From positions 1-59,964 of the forward strand of contig JBJEJN010000068.1 in NCBI GenBank assembly GCA_051878085.1: a stretch of DNA of 59,964 bases. The letters are read 5' to 3'. The position numbers and the translations under genes are program-made. Positions 27,801-33,763 of this stretch are shown piece after piece. How positions within the stretch are numbered: position 1 is the first letter of the stretch; every line of letters starts with the position of its first letter. The DNA comes from Aristaeellaceae bacterium. GTDB taxonomy: Bacteria; Bacillota; Clostridia; Christensenellales; Aristaeellaceae. The notes beneath the pieces are model-generated. The model was not told the DNA's origin. It saw only the letters and a program-made list of their open reading frames with translations, and did not search any database.

Positions 27801-28106
27801 CAGCTCCCCGGCGCTGCGGATCGCCTGGCGCACCAGCATCACGCGGCCGCGCTCGTCCACCCGCACGCCGTCGGGATGGCCCGCCGCCTCGAACACCAGC
27901 GCGCACAGCCTCGCGGGGCTGAGCACGCGCAGCTGAAAGGAGCCCGGCAGCTTCAGTTCGCGCAGCAGCAGGCGTTCGGTCAGCAGCGTGAGCTGCTTCG
28001 GCACCACGATGTACTGGGTCGCGTCCTCCGCATCCAGCGCCGCGCCGATTTTCTGCACCAGCGCGCCGGAGAGCAGGCGGTTCTCCCCCGTGTGCACCTT
28101 CAGCAT
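24804..28106 (-). CDS. addB: helicase-nuclease complex subunit B (AddB/RexB-type PD-(D/E)XK nuclease with an Fe-S cluster)
   Basis: About 1100 aa. The C-terminus carries the RecB-type nuclease motif GRIDRVD...VIDFKLG and four cysteines (GCPF...PCTYCNCRPAC) in the AddB Fe-S staple arrangement. The N-terminus (MLKVHTGENRLLSG) lacks a GxGK[ST] Walker A. The ATG at 28106 follows GGGAGG. Confidence 0.85.
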   Translation of the reverse strand: MLKVHTGENRLLSGALVQKIGAALDAEDATQYIVVPKQLTLLTERLLLRELKLPGSFQLRVLSPARLCALVFEAAGHPDGVRVDERGRVMLVRQAIRSAGELTVYRNADRRRGFADRCARQLEIFVQGGVTPEMLRDCAGRSAGMTRMKLTDLAAIYEAYLSLMGGRYQDGESELIEAALRLESAAFLREGHFWFFGFDLIPPTLMQLIAGVAAQTAAAELFYPMANDPSARGADCCDPLLDALARMRDVCEIQGVAMERDALPDEPHPCGEIGHLARELYADRVEPLAGEPEHIQMSCARDVREECMLAAATARKLAMQGMRYGDMQLICADLDAYRPALIEAFQIYEVPLFLDNSRPVSRMATAECLLTALQLIEKNFRREDVFTLMRTGYMDLTRDEADRLANYAIRRGVDGGRWLRPFTRGVDAEIAELEPLRKRLMEPLAKLKAELKDAKDLKGQLAALFGFLTEVRAYEKSLKLQQELIEKGMREAAGTLSQAWNRIIGALDQMAALMGEGKLSLRELRQTLTESLDAAVVKPLPQSGDAVYAQSMNRMLMQRAGALFVLGLSDGKSSGEEGLLTEAQRQAVSRQTKAYLGPDERSEALLRRFYLKAALGMATGEVWFSCALRGSDGSAQRPGMTMELVRGIFPGLHPIGSVSGDAQLYRLLATSPRSAASLAARAIAEGRDGGAAREVDLSAAAALREAGRELPEARARMERLEGMLRSNAGRESIDPAAARSLYGRLQSQSITRLERFAGCPFSYFATYGLRPDRVEPFELDRRQMGTFLHEAVYEFLRVCGTELNEMDAAQAEARMGRIADTLLESMRTGTPMEDSASARAESRSLRATACRCARVLAEQMQGSAFRTEQLERSFGREDGPARLQVGDTILEGRIDRVDGWAAGNSLRVIDFKLGGKPLNLAGAYHGLQLQLPVYLGAALKQKQARSAGVYYFALDEGVVNTQSTDPKQVEEERAKSFRMSGLLPEDPELLAAQTPNPERVFQARMTRENKLYSNVPCADDVNFARLIRHVLRKAQAQIDAIRGGEAAVSPASFDGWTPCTYCNCRPACLFDPRIDAKRQRRMKNMKWNEVFDQIALEDET

Positions 28107-28136
28107 GCCAAAGCACCTCCCTTGTGAAATGGGGCT

Positions 28137-28166
28137 GCGGCGGGATGTGGGCATCCCGCCCTACGG
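28137..28166 (+). repeat. REP-like GC hairpin repeat, copy 3 (compensated variant)
   Basis: Sequence gcGGCGGGATGtgggCATCCCGCCctacgg. A G-to-A change in the left arm is matched by a C-to-T change in the right arm. Confidence 0.85.
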
Positions 28167-28193
28167 CCATGCGTTTCAGCCTCACAATGCGAT

Positions 28194-28223
28194 GCGGCGG
28201 GGTGTGGGCACCCCGCCCTACGG
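28194..28223 (+). repeat. REP-like GC hairpin repeat, copy 4
   Basis: Sequence gcGGCGGGGTGtgggCACCCCGCCctacgg. Confidence 0.85.
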
Positions 28224-28255
28224 TTTTCGTTTTGGGGCAGCCCCACCATTGTTAT

Positions 28256-28285
28256 GCGGCGGGGTGTGGGCACCCCGCCCTACGG
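28256..28285 (+). repeat. REP-like GC hairpin repeat, copy 5
   Basis: Identical 30-mer to copy 4, preceded by the conserved module tttggggcagcc-N-attgttat. Confidence 0.85.
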
Positions 28286-28323
28286 TATGCGTTTCAGTTC
28301 CACATTCTATAGGAAACCGGAAA

Positions 28324-28908
28324 TCAGAAGAAAGAGCTCACGCCCATGGTGGCGAACAGCGTGATGGCGCATGCGGTGAAGTTGCCCAGCAGGATGACGA
28401 TGGCCGACTTGAGGCGGGGCATCTCAAACAGCGTTGCGATGGCGCTGCCCGTCCAACAGCCGGTGCCCGGCAGCGGAAGCGCCACGAAGATGTACAGGCC
28501 GAGCAATTCGATGGTCTCCTGGGAGACCCTGCCCTGCAGCCAGCCGCGAATGCCGCTGCTCTTCTTGGCGTGCATCTTTTCCCGCTTGCGGGCGCTGCGC
28601 TTCTCCAGCCAGGCGGCGAACCTGCGCACCGGCTTGATGGGCAGGGTGTAGAACCAGTCCAGCACCGGGCGCAGCAGCAGCAGGATGAAGGGCATGGGGA
28701 TCGTGGAGCACACCGCTGCCAGCAGATAGGCAAACAGCGGCGGCATGCCCAGACCCAGCATCACAGGCACTGCGTAGCGGCCCTCGTAGGTGGGCACCAT
28801 GCTCAACAGCGCGGTGCTGAGCACCTTGGCCAGGTTTTCCGATACGACGAAGCTGTTCTCGGCGGCCGACAGCAGGCGCAGGCCACCCAGGGAAAGCCGA
28901 TTCAGCAT
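28324..28908 (-). CDS. small multidrug-export family membrane protein (COG2426-like)
   Basis: Motifs TYEGRYAVPVMLGLG and LPLPGTGCWTGS. The ATG at 28908 follows GGAGG; the ORF track start at 28929 lacks an SD. Confidence 0.7.
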   Translation of the reverse strand: MLNRLSLGGLRLLSAAENSFVVSENLAKVLSTALLSMVPTYEGRYAVPVMLGLGMPPLFAYLLAAVCSTIPMPFILLLLRPVLDWFYTLPIKPVRRFAAWLEKRSARKREKMHAKKSSGIRGWLQGRVSQETIELLGLYIFVALPLPGTGCWTGSAIATLFEMPRLKSAIVILLGNFTACAITLFATMGVSSFF

Positions 28909-29069
28909 ATTGAACCTCCAAAATCGCATTTCTTCGATTATATATTCCTGGATAGGCTACTCCCTCCGGGGCGTGCGCGGCCCATCCATTCAATATTCTA
29001 TTTTAGCATATCCTGCCGCATGAATCAATCGTGAGACCGGAAAGCCCATTCGTTTTCATGCCGCTTTGC

Positions 29070-29097
29070 TTGAAATGTCACAATTGACTGCTACAAT
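29070..29097 (+). promoter_or_regulatory. candidate promoter of the HAD-tmk gene
   Basis: TTGAAA-16 nt-TACAAT. Confidence 0.45.
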
Positions 29098-29127
29098 GGA
29101 ACATGGATAAGCTTACGATAGAATAGG

Positions 29128-30411
29128 ATGGGACTGATACATTTGAAATACAACACGATCCTCTTTGACCTGGACGGCACCCTGACGGAGTCCGGCATCG
29201 GCATCACCCGCAGCGTGGCCTATGCCTATGAGAAGCTGGGCCTGCCCGTGCCGGAGCAGGCGGTGCTGGACCGCTTCGTGGGGCCTCCGCTGGTGGCGGC
29301 GTTCATGGAGTACGCCGGACTGAGCGAAGCGGAAGCGCGCCACGCCGCCGACGTGTACCGGGAGCGCTTCTCCGAAATCGGCTGGCGGGAGAACCGGCTC
29401 TACACCGGCATCGCGCCGCTTCTGAAGGAATTGAAGGCGCAGGGCTGCTACCTGGGCATCGCCAGCGGCAAGCCCGAGGTCTTTGTGCGCCGCATCGCCG
29501 ATTACTTCGGCTTCGCGCAGTACTTTGACGCCATCGTGGGCATCCACATGGAGACCACCCACGCGGACAAGCACGAGCTGATCACCCAGGCCCTGAACGG
29601 CCGCAGCATTGCGGGCGCGGCGATGGTGGGCGACCGGAAGTTCGACATGGCCGCCGCACGGGACATGGGCCTGCGCGCCATCGGCGTGAGCTACGGCTAC
29701 GGCTCCCACGCGGAGCTCGCCGAGTCCGGCGCGGACGAGATCGCCGACAGCGTTGCCGAGCTGCGCGAGATCTTGTTGCCGGGCGTGCCGGTGGCTCCGG
29801 GGCGCTTCATTACCTTCGAGGGCGCGGACGGCTGCGGCAAGAGCACCCAGATGAAGCTGCTTGCCGAGCGCCTGCGCGAGCGCGGCTACGACGTGCTCTG
29901 CACCCGGGAGCCCGGCGGCTGCGAGATCTCCGAGCGCATCCGCGAAGTGGTCCTGGACATCCGCCACAAGGGCATGTCCTCCGAGTGCGAGGCCCTGCTC
30001 TACGCCGCATCCCGCGCGGAGCACGTGCGTCAGGTGCTGGTTCCGGCGGTAAAAAATGGCAAAATTGTGCTCTGCGATCGATTTTTGGATTCAAGTTTTG
30101 CATATCAGGCCCGTGGGCGTGAACTTGGAGACGAGTTTATACGTCAAATAAACGCACCGGCAAGGGCGATCACCCCCGACCGCACGCTGCTGTTCGTGGG
30201 GGATCGGGAGGCCGTATCGCGGCGGCTGCGCTCGGGGACGCAGCTCGACCGCATCGAGGTGGAGGGCGACAGCTTCGTCCGCCGCGTCTATCAGGCCTAC
30301 GAGGAGATTCACGCCGCCGAGCCGGAGCGCGTGCACCTCATCGATTCCAACCGCACGATTGAAGAGATCTTCGCGGACGTGTGCGCCGACGTCGACGGCC
30401 TGATCGGCTGA
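29128..30411 (+). CDS. tmk: fusion protein: HAD-superfamily phosphatase (Gph/PpaX-like) plus dTMP kinase
   Basis: The N-terminal roughly 215 aa carry HAD motifs I (ILFDLDGTL), II (GIASGK) and IV (MVGDRKFD). The C-terminal roughly 205 aa carry the Tmk P-loop FEGADGCGKSTQ, TREPGG and DRFLDSSFAYQ. It is a single uninterrupted ORF. Confidence 0.9.
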   Translation: MGLIHLKYNTILFDLDGTLTESGIGITRSVAYAYEKLGLPVPEQAVLDRFVGPPLVAAFMEYAGLSEAEARHAADVYRERFSEIGWRENRLYTGIAPLLKELKAQGCYLGIASGKPEVFVRRIADYFGFAQYFDAIVGIHMETTHADKHELITQALNGRSIAGAAMVGDRKFDMAAARDMGLRAIGVSYGYGSHAELAESGADEIADSVAELREILLPGVPVAPGRFITFEGADGCGKSTQMKLLAERLRERGYDVLCTREPGGCEISERIREVVLDIRHKGMSSECEALLYAASRAEHVRQVLVPAVKNGKIVLCDRFLDSSFAYQARGRELGDEFIRQINAPARAITPDRTLLFVGDREAVSRRLRSGTQLDRIEVEGDSFVRRVYQAYEEIHAAEPERVHLIDSNRTIEEIFADVCADVDGLIG

Positions 30412-30447
30412 TCCTTTCCCTGACTTCCCGCCAAAGGAGTTGAAAAT

Positions 30448-33400
30448 ATGGCATACGAAAATCTGTGCATGTACTGCTTTCAGGACCTGAACGGCGAGAG
30501 CATCTGCCCGCACTGCGGCAAGGACGCCCGCGCCGCGGTTCCGCAGATCCAGATGCTGCCGGGCAGCCTGGTGTACCGCGACCGCTTTCTGGTGGGACGC
30601 GCGCTGGGCCAGGATTCGGGCGGCATCGTGTACACCGCGCTGGACACCAAGCGCGGCGGCACCATCCGCATCCGCGAATACCTGCCCCGCAACTGCGCCG
30701 AGCGCCTGAACGACGGCACGGTCGTGCCCGTCGCCGGCATGGAGGACGCCTTCGACGCGGGCATGAAAAAGCTGCGCGCCAGCGTGGAGAGCGTGGAGGA
30801 CCCCAAGAAGCGCCACTTCTATTTTGAAGAAAACGGCACGGCTTACATCGCCCAGCGCAAAAACGGCGCATCCGCCGCCCACGAAAACGAGAGCGACGAC
30901 GACGACATGGACGAGGCCGATCATCGCAAGAAGATCGCGCTCTACATCTGCATCGCGGCCGCCGTGGTGCTGGTGATCGCCCTGGGCCTGGTGCTGTTCC
31001 TCAACTCCATGAGCGACCCGGACGACGTGACGCTGGACAATCCGCTCACCACCGTGGCTGCCGACACCACCTGGATGCCGCTGGCCACGCCCACCCCCAC
31101 GCCCTACGCCACCGCCACCTTTGCGGCGCTGGTGGATCCAGAGCTTTCGTGGATGGACTACACCTACGACGGCGACGTGGAGAAGGAGTACAACCAGCAG
31201 CAGCAACAGGCCGCCTCTCCCACGAAGATGCCCACCATCATCACCGAGGAGAAGCACGATACCGTAAGCGGCTCCTCCAGCACCACCGACGTCACCTCGC
31301 TGCAGAAGACGCTGGTGCAGCTGGGCTGGCTGAGCAGCGCCAACGTGACCGGCAGGTACGACTCCGCCACCAAGCAGGCCGTGAAGGACTTCCAGACCTA
31401 CGTCAACGAGCACTGCTCCCCGGCGAAGAAGCTGGCCGTGGACGGCATTGCGGGCGAAAAGACCCTGCAGTGGCTGTACAATTCCTCGGTTTCGCTGACC
31501 AAGCCCACGCCCACCCCGAAGCCGCTGGTGACCGCCGCCCCCGACAAGGGCATTATCAACGCAGGCTCCTCCAAGGCCCTGATCCGCGGCCTTCAGCAGC
31601 AGCTGATCGCGCTGGGCCTGCTGCCGGAGGGCAGCGCCGACGGCATCTTTGGCTCCAGCACCACCACCGCGGTGAAGAACTTCCAGATCCGCGTGAACCA
31701 GCTGCAGGGCTACAGCGCCCTGAACGTGGACGGTGTGGTGGACGAGCTGACCCAGTCCTACCTGGATTACTACGTCGACTGGTGGCTCGAGCAGCAGGTG
31801 GCGACGCCCACGCCCAAGCCCCTGAACACCGCGACCGCCAAGCCCACCGCCACCGCTACGGCCACCCCCAAGCCCATGAACACGCCCGATAACGGCGGCA
31901 CCATCAACTCCTCCTCCTCGAAGGCGCAGATCACCGAGATGCAGGAGCTGCTGGAGAAGGTCGGCCTGCTCAAGAGCAGCGACGTGGACGGCAAGTACGG
32001 CAGCGGCACCGCAACTGCGGTCAAGAACTTCCAGAAGTTCGTCAACAACAACCTCGGCACGGAGACCCTGGCCGTCACCGGCGAGTGCGACCTGCTGACC
32101 CAGCAGTACCTGCGCTACTGCGTGGAGAAGGGCATCAAGGTTGAGAGCGCGACTGCAGCTCCCACCGCCGAACCCACCGCAGTTCCCACTGCCGTGCCCA
32201 CCGCCGAGCCCACCGTGCCTCCGGAGGAGGATCCGGATTACAGCGAGGGCGATATCGTCGTCGACGCAGACTCCCCGAGGGAGTCCATCAGCTACGTGCA
32301 GGAGATGCTCTCCGCCGTCGGCCTGCTGAAGAGCAGCGACGTGGACGGCAAGTACGGCGCCAAGACCATCAACGCCGTCATCCTGTTCCAGCAGTGGGTC
32401 AACCAGGAGAAGGGCAGTGAGGTGCTGGAGGTCAGCGGCGTGTGCGACGCGCTGACGCTGCAGTACCTGGAGTACTGCTCCGACAAGGGCTACGACATCG
32501 GCGGCGCAAAGGCCACCGAGGTCCCCACCGCTGTGCCTACCGTCGAACCCACCGTCGAGCCGACCATTGAACCCACTGCCGTGCCCACCGAGGCTCCCGG
32601 CGTCGGCGTCGTGACCGACTTCCGCATCGCTGTGGATGGCGTACTCAGCGACGGCAGTCCGATTGAAGTGCCCGAGGGCGGCAAGGTGACCGTCCAGTGG
32701 GCTGCGGACGGCGCGGAGAGCTACTACGTCTACCTCTACGACGGCGACAACAATCTCATCAACAGCGCGGACGCGGTGCACAACACCGAGATGACCGTCA
32801 GCAGCAAGACCATGACCCCCGGCGTGACCTACTCCCTGCACGTGGGCGCGATGCCCGTGAACGGCGGCAAGGAGGACGTGCTCTGGGAGACGGTGCAGCT
32901 GATCCGCCCGGTTATGGCGACCGCTGAACCCACCGCCGAACCCACCGAAGCGCCCACCCGCGCGCCCAGTGTCTCAACGCCCGTGCTCAACATCGGCTCC
33001 TCGGTCTACCAGGAGAACGGCGTGACCTACGTCAGCGGCGAATCCATCATCTTCAGCTGGACCGCCGACGGCGACGTGGACCACTACATCGCCACCCTGC
33101 GCTACGAGGACGGCACCAGCTACTCCCTCGGCTCCACCCACGACACCAGCAAGACCGTGGAGACGGACTACCTGCGCTCGCTGAAGCCTGCCGGCATGTG
33201 GCGGCTGGAGGTCGGCGCGGTGGCGGTCGGAGCCAGCGACGAGGACGCGGTGTGGAACATGCTGACCTTCGGCGTGCCCGGTGCGGCGGCTCCAGAGACC
33301 CCGGACGAGCCCGTCGAGACGGAAGCGCCCGCCGATCCCGACAGCGAGAAGATCACCTACATCGACGCTGCCAGCGATGCGAACGACATCCAGACCATGC

Positions 33401-33615
33401 AGGTTGCGCTGTACAAGTACGGCCTGATCAACTCCGAAGTCGCAGAGCTTGGCGTGCTGGATACCGCCACGCTGGAGGCCGTTGCCGCCTTCCAGATGAA
33501 GGTGAACGAGCTCTACGGCGCGGAGCTGTACGTGATCGATCCCACGACGGACGCATTTGTGGACGAGGCGACGCTGAATCTGCTGCTGTATCAGGAGCTG
33601 GATCTGAACCCCTGA
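30448..33615 (+). CDS. large single-pass membrane protein: N-terminal zinc ribbon plus kinase-N-lobe-like module, TM helix, five peptidoglycan-binding (PG_binding_1-like) repeats, two beta-sandwich repeats, and Pro/Thr linkers
   Basis: Zinc ribbon CMYC...CPHC at aa 7-23 and a TM helix at aa 163-185. PG-binding-like repeats lie at about aa 280-345, 375-440, 493-558, 612-677 and 978-1047 (for example LLEKVGLLKSSDVDGKYGSGTATAVKNFQ). Paralogous roughly 100-aa modules lie at aa 720-822 and 843-945. Linkers are of EPT/TPTPKP type. AAAGGAG precedes the ATG. Confidence 0.85.
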   Translation: MAYENLCMYCFQDLNGESICPHCGKDARAAVPQIQMLPGSLVYRDRFLVGRALGQDSGGIVYTALDTKRGGTIRIREYLPRNCAERLNDGTVVPVAGMEDAFDAGMKKLRASVESVEDPKKRHFYFEENGTAYIAQRKNGASAAHENESDDDDMDEADHRKKIALYICIAAAVVLVIALGLVLFLNSMSDPDDVTLDNPLTTVAADTTWMPLATPTPTPYATATFAALVDPELSWMDYTYDGDVEKEYNQQQQQAASPTKMPTIITEEKHDTVSGSSSTTDVTSLQKTLVQLGWLSSANVTGRYDSATKQAVKDFQTYVNEHCSPAKKLAVDGIAGEKTLQWLYNSSVSLTKPTPTPKPLVTAAPDKGIINAGSSKALIRGLQQQLIALGLLPEGSADGIFGSSTTTAVKNFQIRVNQLQGYSALNVDGVVDELTQSYLDYYVDWWLEQQVATPTPKPLNTATAKPTATATATPKPMNTPDNGGTINSSSSKAQITEMQELLEKVGLLKSSDVDGKYGSGTATAVKNFQKFVNNNLGTETLAVTGECDLLTQQYLRYCVEKGIKVESATAAPTAEPTAVPTAVPTAEPTVPPEEDPDYSEGDIVVDADSPRESISYVQEMLSAVGLLKSSDVDGKYGAKTINAVILFQQWVNQEKGSEVLEVSGVCDALTLQYLEYCSDKGYDIGGAKATEVPTAVPTVEPTVEPTIEPTAVPTEAPGVGVVTDFRIAVDGVLSDGSPIEVPEGGKVTVQWAADGAESYYVYLYDGDNNLINSADAVHNTEMTVSSKTMTPGVTYSLHVGAMPVNGGKEDVLWETVQLIRPVMATAEPTAEPTEAPTRAPSVSTPVLNIGSSVYQENGVTYVSGESIIFSWTADGDVDHYIATLRYEDGTSYSLGSTHDTSKTVETDYLRSLKPAGMWRLEVGAVAVGASDEDAVWNMLTFGVPGAAAPETPDEPVETEAPADPDSEKITYIDAASDANDIQTMQVALYKYGLINSEVAELGVLDTATLEAVAAFQMKVNELYGAELYVIDPTTDAFVDEATLNLLLYQELDLNP

Positions 33616-33645
33616 TTTCCACAAATTAAATCTTCAGAAACCTAT

Positions 33646-33676
33646 GGGCCGGGAAGGATTTCGATCCTCCCGGCCC
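33646..33676 (+). terminator. GC stem-loop after the large surface-protein gene (no U-tract)
   Basis: Sequence gggccgggaagga-tttcga-tcctcccggccc. Confidence 0.45.
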
Positions 33677-33713
33677 GAATTCTATATACATTACAAATTA
33701 CTTTTCAGACGAC

Positions 33714-33739
33714 CCCCATGTGCAGCCGCATGGGGTTTT
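33714..33739 (+). terminator. small hairpin plus U4 in the hydrogenase leader (terminator / attenuator-like)
   Basis: Sequence ccccatg-tgcagccg-catgggg-tttt, ending 25 nt before the hydrogenase ATG and immediately before its SD. Confidence 0.35.
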
Positions 33740-33763
33740 CACGATGTAAGGAGGGGTTCCAAC

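Noticed and set aside
28137-28285. CRISPR-like appearance: three roughly 30-nt repeats separated by roughly 30-nt 'spacers'.
   Set aside because: The 'spacers' are homologous to each other (gcgtttcag...caatgcgat and tttggggcagcc...attgttat modules), so the true period is a composite repeat of about 60 nt. The repeat is a perfect hairpin that also occurs singly at unrelated loci. No cas genes or leader are present.
30091-32841. Very long antisense or alternative-frame ORFs (for example 30091-32841, 57152-59926, 8213-10129, 10103-12631, 43097-44998, 45889-48399, 53499-55529, 6432-7592, 23191-24654, 16204-17517).
   Set aside because: These are typical stop-codon-poor shadow frames in GC-rich DNA. 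Their translations are low-complexity (Ala/Gly/Arg/His/Val/Leu-rich), and each is fully overlapped by an opposite-strand or alternative-frame gene with unambiguous family motifs.
33644-33763. 40-codon N-terminal extension of the hydrogenase ORF, and similar upstream extensions of other ORFs (3950, 7650, 8228, 21745, 23179, 36712, 45989, 57107, 28154, 40870, 41637).
   Set aside because: The extensions run through terminator hairpins or promoters and lack SD motifs. Internal ATGs with good SD motifs coincide with the conserved N-termini of the respective families.
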